64,000 nt of DNA. It comes from Candidatus Spongiisocius sp. (lineage in GTDB: Bacteria; Actinomycetota; Acidimicrobiia; Spongiisociales; Spongiisociaceae). Below are positions 9,065 to 19,224 of the stretch, piece after piece. Positions within the stretch are counted from its first letter, which is position 1. Every line of letters starts with the position of its first letter. The translations under genes were made by a program, and so were the position numbers. The stretch is from contig OZ241858.1 of the NCBI GenBank assembly GCA_965203035.1, positions 2,201,437 through 2,265,436 of the forward strand, written 5' to 3'. Below the pieces are notes generated by a model, which made no database searches, was not told where the DNA came from, and worked only from the letters and a program-made list of their open reading frames with translations.

Positions 9065-10072
9065 ATGTTGGACGGTCGAAGGGCGCGGATCCTGCGCATC
9101 ATGATCGAGGAGCACATCCGCACGGGTGAGCCGGTGAGTTCCCGCGCCATTCTCGAGTCCGGCAACCTGGCGGTTTCCAGCGCCACGATCCGGACCGAGT
9201 TGGTGGCACTGGAGGCTGCCGGCTACGCCTTCCAGCCTCACACCTCCGCCGGGCGGATACCGACGCCGCAGGCCTATCGCTACTACGTGGACAGCCTGAT
9301 GCGTCCCCGGGAGACGCCGGTCGCCTCCGCCAGAGTGGCCGAGTTCTTCGCATCGGTCCAGACGGAGTTGGGCCGCCTGCTCAAGGCCACGTCCGCCCTG
9401 CTCAGCGAGATCACCCACTTCCCGTCGGTGGTGACCAGCCCCAGCATTGCAAGCGAGGTCATCCGGGCGGTGCATCTGGTTCGGACCACGGTCAATACGG
9501 TCCTCATGGTGGTGGTGACGGTCGCCGGACGCGTATCCCAGACGCTCCTGCATCTGCCGGTGCCGGTGGATAGCGCCGACGTGCAGGAGGCCGAGAGGCT
9601 GATCCGGCGCTTCCAGGTGGGCGCTTCGATGGCCGAGAGCCTCGATCTGGAGGCGATGTCCCTGGCCAACCCGACCGAACGGGTGGCATCCGTTCTCCGG
9701 CAGGCGGCGGCGGCATTCGAGAACACCGGAGCAGCGGACCACGAGTTGTACATGGGTCCGGCGTCCTACCTGACGGCTGCCTGGGGGGAACTGTCCAAGG
9801 TTCAAGGCGTCCTCGACGTCCTGGAGCGCGAGGCGGCACTGCTCGAGGTACTGGGTCACCTTCCGGCCGGCACGGAAGTGCGGATCGGCTCCGAACTGGG
9901 CATCGACTCCGCCACGGACATCTCCCTGGTGACCACCACTTACGGCGAGGAGTCGGCGGGTCCCGCCGGTCGGCTCGGAGTGCTGGGACCGATGCGTATG
10001 GACTACGGCCGGACCATCCGGGTACTCGAGGAGATCGGCGACGGCCTCGACGAGAGCCTCGGCGAGTCCTAG
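9065..10072 (+). CDS. hrcA: Heat-inducible transcription repressor HrcA
   Basis: HrcA-family N-terminal winged-helix (RRARILRIMIEEHIRTGEPVSSRAI) and overall length. Immediately followed by dnaJ. Confidence 0.9.
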   Translation: MLDGRRARILRIMIEEHIRTGEPVSSRAILESGNLAVSSATIRTELVALEAAGYAFQPHTSAGRIPTPQAYRYYVDSLMRPRETPVASARVAEFFASVQTELGRLLKATSALLSEITHFPSVVTSPSIASEVIRAVHLVRTTVNTVLMVVVTVAGRVSQTLLHLPVPVDSADVQEAERLIRRFQVGASMAESLDLEAMSLANPTERVASVLRQAAAAFENTGAADHELYMGPASYLTAAWGELSKVQGVLDVLEREAALLEVLGHLPAGTEVRIGSELGIDSATDISLVTTTYGEESAGPAGRLGVLGPMRMDYGRTIRVLEEIGDGLDESLGES

Positions 10073-10092
10073 GCGCCGGCAGAGGGACCGAA

Positions 10093-11151
10093 GTGGCCGA
10101 CTACTACCGCACCCTGGACGTTGAGCGCGACGCGTCCCGAGACGAGATCAAGCGGGCCTTCCGGCGGCTGGCCAGGGAGTCCCACCCCGACGCCAATCCC
10201 GATGACCCGACGGCCGAGGCTCGTTTCCGCCAGGTTGCGGAGGCCTACGAGGTTCTGTCCGATCCCGAGCGGCGAGCCCGGTACGACCGTGGGGAGACTC
10301 TCGATCCGGGCGGATTCTTCCAGGGTGCGAGTTCGCTCGACGACCTGCTGCGGTCGGTCTTCGGCGACAGCGGCCTCTTCGGAACCGTTACCCGTGAACC
10401 ACGGGTCAATCGAGGGCGGGACGTTCGGGTCAACGTGGTGCTCACCTTGGAGGAGGCGGCCTTCGGGGTCGAGAAACCAGTCGTGTTCCGTACGGCGCTG
10501 ACCTGCGAATCGTGTGCGGGCTCGGGCTCCGGGGACGGCGCCGGTCTCCGGGCGTGCCGGATCTGCGGAGGGAGCGGCCAGGTGAGGATGGCCCGGCGCA
10601 GCGTGTTCGGCTCATTGATGACCTTGACCACGTGCCGGGCCTGCCAGGGCGACGGCTCGGTGCTGGCCGATCCGTGCGGGAGTTGCCGCGGAGAAGGAAC
10701 CAGGGAGGGCGAGAAAACCGTCCGGGTCGAGATTCCACCCGGAGTGGAGGAAGGTAACCGACTCCGGCTTCCCGCCAGGGGGGAAGCCGGTCGCCGCGGT
10801 GCCCGTGCGGGCGACCTGTACCTCGATCTGATCATCCAGCCGCACTCCGTCTTCGAGCGTGACGGAGACGACCTGGTCAGTGACGTGGAGGTGGGTATCG
10901 TCGCCGCGACGCTGGGAACCCAGGTAGAGGTGCCGCTCCTCGACGGCGGGACCCATCGGATCAAAGTCCCGGCCGGATCCCAGTACGGAGAGGTCATCCG
11001 GGTGCCGGGCAAGGGGATCACCCGGCTTCGCAGCTCGCGTCGAGGTGACCTCTACCTTCGCGTCAAGGTGGTCGTGCCCACCAGGCTCAGCCGCTCCCAG
11101 CGCAAGCTCCTGCGCCAGTTCGCCGATGACGCCGGTGAAGAACTCCTGTGA
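10093..11151 (+). CDS. dnaJ: Chaperone DnaJ (J-domain, CxxCxGxG zinc finger, C-terminal domain)
   Basis: J-domain HPD motif (ESHPDANPDD) and four CxxCxG repeats. Confidence 0.9.
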   Translation: MADYYRTLDVERDASRDEIKRAFRRLARESHPDANPDDPTAEARFRQVAEAYEVLSDPERRARYDRGETLDPGGFFQGASSLDDLLRSVFGDSGLFGTVTREPRVNRGRDVRVNVVLTLEEAAFGVEKPVVFRTALTCESCAGSGSGDGAGLRACRICGGSGQVRMARRSVFGSLMTLTTCRACQGDGSVLADPCGSCRGEGTREGEKTVRVEIPPGVEEGNRLRLPARGEAGRRGARAGDLYLDLIIQPHSVFERDGDDLVSDVEVGIVAATLGTQVEVPLLDGGTHRIKVPAGSQYGEVIRVPGKGITRLRSSRRGDLYLRVKVVVPTRLSRSQRKLLRQFADDAGEELL

Positions 11152-11264
11152 GCAACCTCACCGCCATCCTGCAGGAAGTGCACGGCGCACCTCATCGATA
11201 GGCTGACCGTTCGTGGTATCCTGACCAGGCCTTTGGAGCTCCGCACCATCGCCCTGTCGCGCTA

Positions 11265-12242
11265 ATGCCTCCCGTCGCGCCGCCTGCCCGAACCCTGCAC
11301 GTGCCCGGTATCAGCCTGATGCTGGACCTGCTCGGCGAACGGGATTCCCACCTCCGGCTGGTGGAGTCGGCATACCCTGAAGCCGTAATCGTGGCGCGTG
11401 GCGACGAGATCGTGTTCCAGGGCGAGGAGCGGTCGGCCCGCCGGGCCCACAAAGTGGTGGAGGAGCTGCTGATGCTGGTACAGCGGGGTATGAGCCTGGA
11501 GCGCGAGGGCGTGCACCGCGTCATCGAGATGGTCAATGACTCGGTGCCGTCTCCCAGCGGTGTCCTCGGGGAGACCATCGAGGTAGCCCGGGGGAAGATC
11601 GTCCGACCCAAGACGGTGGGGCAACTCCGCTATGTAGAGGCGATCCGCCGATCGACCCTCGTTTTCGGAATCGGACCGGCCGGGACCGGCAAGACCTATC
11701 TCGCCATGGCGGCCGCGACCGAGTCCCTGATCACCGGCAAGGTCAAGCGGATCGTCCTCACCAGACCGGCGGTCGAGGCCGGGGAGAGGCTCGGCTTCCT
11801 GCCCGGCGATCTGGAAGCGAAGTTCAACCCCTACCTACGACCGCTGTACGACGCCCTGTACGAGATGCTGGGGCCTGACGACGTAATGGGATACATGGAG
11901 AGGGGAACGATCGAGATCGCCCCGCTGGCCTACATGCGAGGCCGCACGCTCAACGATTCGATCGTGGTGCTGGACGAGGCGCAGAACACGTCCCGGGCAC
12001 AGATGAAGATGTTCCTCACCCGGCTGGGATTCAACTCGAAGATGATCATCACAGGCGACGCCACCCAGGTCGATCTGCCGCGCGATCGCCTCTCGGGGAT
12101 GGTCCACGCCCGGACCATCCTGGAGGAGGTGCGCGACGTGGCGGTGGTCCACCTGAGCGCCGCCGATGTGGTTCGCCACCGTCTAGTGGCAGAGATCGTG
12201 GAAGCTTACGAGGCAGCGGACAGCCGGTCGCCCGACCGATGA
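11265..12242 (+). CDS. phoH: PhoH-family ATPase
   Basis: Walker A (GPAGTGKTYLAMAAA) and PhoH signature (RLGFLPGDLEAKFNPYLRPLYDAL). Confidence 0.9.
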   Translation: MPPVAPPARTLHVPGISLMLDLLGERDSHLRLVESAYPEAVIVARGDEIVFQGEERSARRAHKVVEELLMLVQRGMSLEREGVHRVIEMVNDSVPSPSGVLGETIEVARGKIVRPKTVGQLRYVEAIRRSTLVFGIGPAGTGKTYLAMAAATESLITGKVKRIVLTRPAVEAGERLGFLPGDLEAKFNPYLRPLYDALYEMLGPDDVMGYMERGTIEIAPLAYMRGRTLNDSIVVLDEAQNTSRAQMKMFLTRLGFNSKMIITGDATQVDLPRDRLSGMVHARTILEEVRDVAVVHLSAADVVRHRLVAEIVEAYEAADSRSPDR

Positions 12243-14839
12243 CACCTCGCGTCAAGTCCATCATCACCGGGGTGATCCTGGTGGCGACCGCGGGTCTCTC
12301 CTGGGCCGGCATGCTGATCGAGCAGCAGTTCACCACTGTCCAGGTGGTCCCGGGGGAGCCGGCGCCTCAGGCCTTCGTGGCGGAGTCCCCGATCGAGATC
12401 GAGGATTCCGCCGCCACCGAGATCGCCCGCCAGGCGGCCCGGGATTCGGTAAACCCGGTCTACGGGCGGCACGAGGACATCGACGCCTTGGTGATCAACG
12501 ACATCCAGGCATTTTTCCGGTCGCTCAGAGTCGCCACCGTGGATCAGGGTGCCCGCCCCTTGCCGGTGGTTACCACCACTAGCACGGTGGTCCCACCGGC
12601 GGCGGCCACCACGACCGTTGCCACGACCGTTGACTCAGTGGCCGCTCCCGGCACGGAGGCGGAACCGCCCACGGTTTCCGAGGAGGCGCCCACGCCGACC
12701 ACCCTGCCCGCGGCCGTGGCCGCGACGGCGGGTGTCACCGGGCGGGTGTTCATCGACACCGACGCCAACGGGTTCTTCAGCCTGGGCGTGGATCACGGAC
12801 TGGGCGAGGTGAGGGTGGTGGCCTACGACACGACCGGCACCCGCTTCGAAACGGTCACCTTCTCCGACGGCCGGTACTCGCTCGGGCGGATGGCTCCAGG
12901 GCCCGCGGCCGTCCTCATAGACACCGACACCGTTCCTGACCGGTTGACCGGACCGGAGCGGTTTCTCTACCAGGATGTCGAACTCGTGGAAGGCCAGGAG
13001 ACATCGACCATCCACATTCCGCTCCGGCTCGCGGTGACACCTAAGGACACCCAGTTGGCCAGCCTCCAGGCGAGCGGCCTGCTGCTGTCCGATAGTGCGG
13101 TTTCCCTTCTAGTGGACATCGCCACGGGGGACGTCCTGCGCGAGATACTGGGTGATGAGGCGTGGCTGCTCTCTATCGAACGCGAGACCCTCCTGCTGGC
13201 GACCGAGGCCCTGAATACCGACGGCGGGATCCTCAGCGAGGAGCTTCGCGACGTCCAGATACAGTTCCGCTCGACCCCTAGGTTCGTGCAGCTCCCTGAC
13301 GCCGATTCGGCGGTCTGGCAACAAGTCTCCCAGGTGGTTCCCGAAGTTGCCACCGTGTTCCTGGCTGCCAACAAGACGGTCGACGCCGTGGCCACGGAGA
13401 GCCTCCGGGAGGAGGAGGCCGCTGGAGTGGCCTCCTTGACCACCCGGTTCGAAGCGGGTGAAGTGATCATCGACGAGGGTCAGGAGGTGACGGAGGAGAT
13501 CGAGGCCGCCCTGTCCGAGGCGGGATTGCTCGGGGCGGCGGCACCCCGTTACCTGGCGCTGGCCGCAGCGGTGGCCATCGTGGTCGGGCTGCCGGCGCTC
13601 TACCTGTACCGGTTCCAGTCGAGTGTGTGGAAGTCGATGCGCCGCATGTCCCTGTTCGGCCTGCTGGTGGTGCTCGCGGCGGTGTCCGCCCGCGGGGCGG
13701 CCGTGTTGGCGGCCGGGGGAGACGGTGCGATCGGGTTCCTGATGCCGGCGGCCGCCTTCGGCCTGATGACCGCCATCCTCTTCGATGCGCGGACCGCGGT
13801 GTTGATGGCGGTGGTGGTGGGGTCTATGACGGCCATCGCCACCACCGATCCGGCCTACACGCTGTACGCCGGCCTGTCGGTCCTGGTCCCGATCACGTTC
13901 GTATCGGCCATCTCGGCGCGGCGCGACCTGCGGAGGGCGGGCCTGTACATCATGGCGATGTGCGGGGCCTTCGCAGCTCTGATCGCCTGGTTCTTCCCCC
14001 AGGACATCAGCATTCTCCGGGCGGCCGCGTTCGCGGTCGGAGGCGGCGCCATCTCCTGGCTGGTCGGGAGTTCGCTACTCTCCGTTTTCGAGATCGTGTT
14101 CGACATCACAACGTCTTTGCGCCTCCTGGACCTGACCGATCGCAACCATCCTGCGCTCCGCCTCCTCGAGGAGAAGGCCATCGGCTCCTTCAACCACTCC
14201 CTGATGGTGGGCACGCTGGCCGATCGCGCGGCCCGGGCGGTGGGGGCCAACCCCTTGCTGGCCCGAGCCGCCGCCTACTACCACGATCTCGGCAAGACCG
14301 AGCACCCGCAGTTCTTCATCGAGAACCAATTCGGCATCCAGAACCCCCACGACGAGATGCCCCCGTTGCAGTCCGCCGAGGTGCTGCGCCGTCATGTGCT
14401 CGACGGGCTTAGCCTGGCCCGCAAGTTCAGGATTCCCGGAGATGTGGCCGAGGCCGTCATCACCCATCATGGCGACGGCATCATGCATTTCTTCTACGAC
14501 AAGGCCCGGAAGGAGTACGGCGCCGATGCCGTGGACCGGGAGGATTACCGTCACGCCGGGCGCAAACCGGTCAAGAAGGAAATGGCCATTGTGATGATGG
14601 CCGACTCGGTCGAAGGCGCCTGCCGGGCGGTCTTCCAGGTGGAGGAGCCGACGCCCGAGCGTATCGAGCGGTTGGTCGAGAAGGTGGTGGGAGAGAAGGT
14701 GACCGACGGCCAGCTCTCTGCTTCGGATGTGACGCTTGGTGACCTCACCAAGGTGAAGGAAGCCATGGTCGAGGCGCTGGTAGGGCATTACCACCAGCGC
14801 ATCCCCTACCCGAACTTTCCCGAAGGAGAACCGGTTTGA
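12239..14839 (+). CDS. 7TM-HD membrane phosphohydrolase (YqfF/7TMR-HDED family) with an extended T/P/A-rich extracellular region
   Basis: HD domain (HSLMVGTLADRAA...AYYHDLGK) after a 7-TM block. Conserved phoH-yqfF-ybeY-era neighbourhood. Confidence 0.85.
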   Translation: MTPRVKSIITGVILVATAGLSWAGMLIEQQFTTVQVVPGEPAPQAFVAESPIEIEDSAATEIARQAARDSVNPVYGRHEDIDALVINDIQAFFRSLRVATVDQGARPLPVVTTTSTVVPPAAATTTVATTVDSVAAPGTEAEPPTVSEEAPTPTTLPAAVAATAGVTGRVFIDTDANGFFSLGVDHGLGEVRVVAYDTTGTRFETVTFSDGRYSLGRMAPGPAAVLIDTDTVPDRLTGPERFLYQDVELVEGQETSTIHIPLRLAVTPKDTQLASLQASGLLLSDSAVSLLVDIATGDVLREILGDEAWLLSIERETLLLATEALNTDGGILSEELRDVQIQFRSTPRFVQLPDADSAVWQQVSQVVPEVATVFLAANKTVDAVATESLREEEAAGVASLTTRFEAGEVIIDEGQEVTEEIEAALSEAGLLGAAAPRYLALAAAVAIVVGLPALYLYRFQSSVWKSMRRMSLFGLLVVLAAVSARGAAVLAAGGDGAIGFLMPAAAFGLMTAILFDARTAVLMAVVVGSMTAIATTDPAYTLYAGLSVLVPITFVSAISARRDLRRAGLYIMAMCGAFAALIAWFFPQDISILRAAAFAVGGGAISWLVGSSLLSVFEIVFDITTSLRLLDLTDRNHPALRLLEEKAIGSFNHSLMVGTLADRAARAVGANPLLARAAAYYHDLGKTEHPQFFIENQFGIQNPHDEMPPLQSAEVLRRHVLDGLSLARKFRIPGDVAEAVITHHGDGIMHFFYDKARKEYGADAVDREDYRHAGRKPVKKEMAIVMMADSVEGACRAVFQVEEPTPERIERLVEKVVGEKVTDGQLSASDVTLGDLTKVKEAMVEALVGHYHQRIPYPNFPEGEPV

Positions 14840-14889
14840 CCACCGAACGCCCGGCGCCCCACCCGAGTCCGGCAGCGGGGGACTAGCCC

Positions 14890-15360
14890 ATGGAGATCAA
14901 CTTGGCGAACCATCAGGACCTGCCGGTGGACGCGGACGCGCTCCGCGCCCTGGCGAAAGCCGTGCTGGAGAACGAAGACATGCCCTCGTCAACCGAGGTG
15001 GGGCTCATGCTGGTTACCGACGATGACATGGCGGTGCATAATCAGCGGTTCATGGGCCGGGACGGGCCCACCGACGTGCTGGCGCTACCCCTCGCTCCAC
15101 CCGGCTTGGAACATCGGGATAGGGCCACCCGAAGCGGTTCGGGGGTTCCGTACGCGCTCGGCGATGTGATCATTGCACCCGGTTACGTACGCGGCCAGGC
15201 GCAGCGTCTCGGCACCGCGTACGAGGTGGAGATCGCGCTCATGGTCGCCCACGGGCTGCTGCATCTGATCGGCTACGACCACGAGTCGGACTCGGAAGCT
15301 GAACGCATGGAATCGAGGGAGCGCCACCTCCTGGCGGCGATGGGGATGGAGCGGCCATGA
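14890..15360 (+). CDS. ybeY: rRNA maturation endoribonuclease YbeY
   Basis: HGLLHLIGYDHE zinc-binding motif. Conserved position. Confidence 0.9.
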   Translation: MEINLANHQDLPVDADALRALAKAVLENEDMPSSTEVGLMLVTDDDMAVHNQRFMGRDGPTDVLALPLAPPGLEHRDRATRSGSGVPYALGDVIIAPGYVRGQAQRLGTAYEVEIALMVAHGLLHLIGYDHESDSEAERMESRERHLLAAMGMERP

Positions 15361-16553
15361 GTTGGCTGGCCTGGGCGGCGGCGGCGATGGTTCTCGCGCT
15401 GGCGGCGGCACTGAGGGCGGCCGGGGAATCGCTGGTCCGCACGCCACGGGCCGATGCCCTTCACGACGCCGCGGATGGCAACGAGGGCGCCGGGATCGTG
15501 GCAGGCCTGCTGGAGGACAGGGCCCGGATCCAACCGGCCATCTCGCTGATGCATGCCACCCTCCTGGTAACCACCGCGCTGGCCGCAGCCTGGGTCACCG
15601 GCACCGTGCTGAGCGGGTCCCGGCTGGTGATGGCGCTGGTCATGACGGCCGGAATTATCGTGCTGCTCGGAGATGTGCTGCCGCGTTCGGTCGGCCGGAA
15701 ACGACCCCACCGCATCGCATACCGGCTGGCCAGGCTGTTGCGGCTGACGATTTCGATCGGCGGACGTGCGGCCGACCTGATCGAGGATGAGGAGGACGGC
15801 GCCCCGGCCCCGGCCCCGGCCAACGGCGATCACGACCCGTCCGATCGAGAGGAGATCCGCATGATCTCCTCCGTTCTCGAGTTCTCCGATGCCATCGTGC
15901 GCGAGGTGATGGTCCCGCGGACGGACATGGTGACGCTGGGCGTCGCCAGTACCACTGCCGAGGCCCTGGATCTCATCCTGGACTGCGGCTACTCGCGAGT
16001 GCCGGTCACCGGCAAGGGGACGGACGACATCGTGGGGATGGTGTACGCGAAGGATCTACTGCGCCGGGTGGGGGCATCACGGGATCCGGAACCGGTCACG
16101 GAGATCTCTCGCGAGCCCTACTTCGTTCCCGAGTCCAAGCCGGTGCGTGACCTGCTGCGGGAGATGCAGTCGCGACAGATCCACATTGCCATTGCTGTTG
16201 ACGAGTTCGGCGGGACCGCCGGGCTGGTCACGATCGAGGACCTGATCGAGGAGTTGGTGGGCGAGATCGTCGACGAGTACGACACGGAGGCGCCCATGGT
16301 GCAGCCTCTGGAGGACGGAGGGTTCCTGGTGGCGGCCCGATTGTCGGTGGACGACCTCAACCAGGTATTGGGCGCCGATCTGCCCGACCACGAATGGGAC
16401 ACCGTGGGAGGCCTGGTGCTCGGCCTGGCCGGACGGGTACCAATGGTGGGCGAGAGGTTCGAGATGGGGGAAGCCGTACTCGTAGCCGACCGGGTACAGG
16501 GTCGGCGGGTCGAGCGGGTGCTGGTCCACCGGGTGGGCGACACCGGTCGCTAG
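15357..16553 (+). CDS. CNNM/CorC-family membrane protein (DUF21, tandem CBS, CorC-HlyC domain)
   Basis: N-terminal TM region followed by a CBS pair and a transporter-associated C-terminus. Conserved position between ybeY and era. Confidence 0.85.
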   Translation: MSWLAWAAAAMVLALAAALRAAGESLVRTPRADALHDAADGNEGAGIVAGLLEDRARIQPAISLMHATLLVTTALAAAWVTGTVLSGSRLVMALVMTAGIIVLLGDVLPRSVGRKRPHRIAYRLARLLRLTISIGGRAADLIEDEEDGAPAPAPANGDHDPSDREEIRMISSVLEFSDAIVREVMVPRTDMVTLGVASTTAEALDLILDCGYSRVPVTGKGTDDIVGMVYAKDLLRRVGASRDPEPVTEISREPYFVPESKPVRDLLREMQSRQIHIAIAVDEFGGTAGLVTIEDLIEELVGEIVDEYDTEAPMVQPLEDGGFLVAARLSVDDLNQVLGADLPDHEWDTVGGLVLGLAGRVPMVGERFEMGEAVLVADRVQGRRVERVLVHRVGDTGR

Positions 16554-16644
16554 CCCTGATTATTCATGTTCCCAGCACGCCGACCCGGATCAGGCCACCA
16601 TCCGGACAAACCGCCGTCCATGAATAATTGGGGCTGAGGCACGC

Positions 16645-17529
16645 GTGCGTTCCGGATTCGTCGCGGTTGTGGGGCGGCCCAACGTCGGCAAGTCGACGTT
16701 GATAAACAGCCTGGTCGGGCACAAGGTGACCATCACCTCCCGGCGGCCCCAGACCACCCGGCTGAGCGTCCGGGGCGTGCTGACGGTCGACGATCCCGCC
16801 GCCCAGATCGTATTCGTGGACACCCCCGGCCTCCACCGCCCCCGGACGGCCCTCGGCGAGCGCCTCAACTCGACCGCATACCGGACCCTGACCGACACCG
16901 ACTGCACGGCGTTCGTCATCGACGCCACCGCCCGCGTCGGGCCCGGAGACCGCCGGATCGCCGAGCATCTCCTCGAAACGGTCGATCCTGAGCAGGTGAT
17001 CCTGATCGTCAACAAGGTGGATGCCGCCCGACGGGGCCGTGTGGCCGAGCGGCTCAGCGAGGCGGCGCTGTGGGACTTCGGCGCCTACATCCCGGTCTCG
17101 GCTCTCGAGGGCGACGGCCTGGACAGGGTGGTGGCCGAGCTGATCCCGCGCCTCCCGGAAGGCCCGGCCCTGTATCCGCCTGATGTGGTGAGCGACCGGC
17201 CGGATGAGGTGTTGATCGCCGAGACGGTCCGGGAGAAGTTGCTACCGGGGCTCTGGCAGGAGTTGCCCCATTCGGTGGCGGTCAAGACCGAGGGAATCGA
17301 GGTCCGGGAGGACGGCCTGACGCGCATCGAGGCGGTGATCTACGTGGAGCGGGAGTCCCAGAAGGGGATCGTGGTGGGGGCAGGAGGGTCCAACCTGCGG
17401 GACGCCGGTACCAGGGCGCGGCACGAGCTGGAGGAAGCGTTGGGACGGCGGGTGTTTCTCGATCTCCGCGTGAAGGTCGAGAAGGACTGGCAGCGCTATC
17501 CGGATCGGATGGAGCGCCTCGGCCTGTAG
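16645..17529 (+). CDS. era: GTPase Era
   Basis: G1 motif (GRPNVGKST), G3 (DTPG), G4 (NKVD), and a C-terminal KH domain. GTG start. Confidence 0.95.
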   Translation: MRSGFVAVVGRPNVGKSTLINSLVGHKVTITSRRPQTTRLSVRGVLTVDDPAAQIVFVDTPGLHRPRTALGERLNSTAYRTLTDTDCTAFVIDATARVGPGDRRIAEHLLETVDPEQVILIVNKVDAARRGRVAERLSEAALWDFGAYIPVSALEGDGLDRVVAELIPRLPEGPALYPPDVVSDRPDEVLIAETVREKLLPGLWQELPHSVAVKTEGIEVREDGLTRIEAVIYVERESQKGIVVGAGGSNLRDAGTRARHELEEALGRRVFLDLRVKVEKDWQRYPDRMERLGL

Positions 17530-17614
17530 CTGTCCATCGTGCCGGGTATGCCGTGCCGGGTACAATCGCGCGACCCGCCCGTGAGGGCGAATGTCGAGGT
17601 CACGAAGGTGAGGG

Positions 17615-19009
17615 TTGGTGCGATTCCGGATCGAGAAGGACTCCATGGGGGAGGTGCAGGTGCCGTCGGATGCCCTGTACGGCGCCTCGACCCGGCGGGC
17701 ACTCGAGAACTTCCCGATATCCGACCGGAGGTTCGGCCGCTCGTTCATCTGGGCGCTCGGCCTGATCAAGGGCTCGGCCGCCCAGATGGCCGGGGCGGCG
17801 GGTCATCTGCCCGGTGAGATCGCCGAGGCGGTTTCCCAGGCGTCCGACGAGGTCATGGCCGGAGACTGGGACGAGCAGTTCGTGCTCGATGTCTTCCAGA
17901 CCGGGTCCGGTACCTCCACCAATACCAACGCCAACGAGGTGATCGCCAACCGGGCAGCCCAGCTGCTCGGAGGGTCGATCGGGGACCGGTCGGTCCACCC
18001 CAACGATCACGTGAACTTCGGCCAGTCCTCGAACGACGTGATCCCCACCGCCATACACCTGGCGGCTGCACGGGCTACCAGAGAGGACCTGGTGCCGGCA
18101 CTGGAGGCGCTGGCGGGGTCACTGGGGGAGCGGGCCGCCGACTTCTCGGGCGTGGTCAAGTCCGGCCGCACTCACCTCATGGACGCCACGCCGGTGACGC
18201 TGGGCCAGGAGTTCTCCTCGTACGCGGCCCAGATCGACAAGGGCGTCGAGCGCCTGGAGGCTGTGTTGCCGGGCCTCGACGAGCTCGCCCTGGGAGGCAC
18301 CGCAGTCGGCACGGGGATCAACGCACCCCCCGGGTTCGCGGCGTCGGTGGTCGGGCTGATGGCCACGAGGACCGGTTACCCGCTCCGCGAGGCCGACAAC
18401 CACTTCGAGGCCCAGGCCGCGAAGGATGCGGTCGTGATGGCTTCGGGCGCCCTGAAGACCGTCGCCGTGTCCCTGTTCAAGATCGCCAACGACCTGCGCT
18501 GGCTCTCGTCCGGACCCCGTACGGGACTGGGGGAGATCAGGCTTCCCGCCCTCCAGCCGGGATCCTCGATCATGCCCGGCAAGGTCAATCCGGTCATTCC
18601 CGAGATGGTCTGCCAGGTTGCCGCGCAGGTGATCGGAAACGACTCGGCCATCGCCTGGGGTGGCGCCAACGGCAATCTGGAACTCAACGTGATGATGCCG
18701 ATGATGGCCCACAACCTCCTGGACTCGATCGGGCTGCTGGCAAGCGCCTCGTCCACGTTCCGGGAGCGTTGTGTCGACGGGATAGAGGCGGATGCGGACC
18801 GGGCTCGCCGGCTGGTGGAGAGCAACCTGATCGTGGTCACCGCCCTCAACCCGAGGATCGGTTACGACAGGGCCGCCGAAGTGGCCAAGGAGGCCTACGC
18901 CTCGGGCCGCACCATCCGTGACGTCGTGCTCGACATGGGCCTGATGGAGCCGGAGGAGTTGGACGAGGTGCTGGACATCAAGCGGATGACCGAAGGCGGG
19001 ATTCTCTAG
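17615..19009 (+). CDS. Aspartate ammonia-lyase / class II fumarate hydratase family lyase. Motifs lean towards AspA.
   Basis: [11 protein letters not shown] signature loop. The VNPVIPE and FVLDVFQ motifs are closer to AspA; [11 protein letters not shown] resembles FumC. Confidence 0.85.
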   Translation: MVRFRIEKDSMGEVQVPSDALYGASTRRALENFPISDRRFGRSFIWALGLIKGSAAQMAGAAGHLPGEIAEAVSQASDEVMAGDWDEQFVLDVFQTGSGTSTNTNANEVIANRAAQLLGGSIGDRSVHPNDHVNFGQSSNDVIPTAIHLAAARATREDLVPALEALAGSLGERAADFSGVVKSGRTHLMDATPVTLGQEFSSYAAQIDKGVERLEAVLPGLDELALGGTAVGTGINAPPGFAASVVGLMATRTGYPLREADNHFEAQAAKDAVVMASGALKTVAVSLFKIANDLRWLSSGPRTGLGEIRLPALQPGSSIMPGKVNPVIPEMVCQVAAQVIGNDSAIAWGGANGNLELNVMMPMMAHNLLDSIGLLASASSTFRERCVDGIEADADRARRLVESNLIVVTALNPRIGYDRAAEVAKEAYASGRTIRDVVLDMGLMEPEELDEVLDIKRMTEGGIL

Positions 19010-19017
19010 TTTCAACG

Positions 19018-19179
19018 TGGTTGGTCTGTGTTTCGGCGGCGTGCTCTGAACCGCCATCGACGCCTCTGGCTGCGTCCTGCCTCCTCAACGTACCCTGCGG
19101 GTACGCCTTCGTCAGCAAATCCTTGCCATAGACGCCGCTGCCGGCGCCAGACCCCACCGCCGCGCCACAGACCAACCAC
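19018..19179. repeat. 162-bp element bounded by perfect 14-bp inverted repeats (GTGGTTGGTCTGTG ... CACAGACCAACCAC), with several internal short hairpins
   Basis: Read directly from the sequence. Located in the convergent aspA/sufU intergenic region. Confidence 0.6.
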
Positions 19180-19224
19180 GGGACGCGCGATTGCTGACGA
19201 CTGCGCATAACGTGAACACGGCCA

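Noticed and set aside
19028-19210. 60-aa ORF inside the IR-bounded element
   Set aside because: Arg/Pro-rich with no RBS. It lies within a highly structured GC hairpin region. Probably non-coding.
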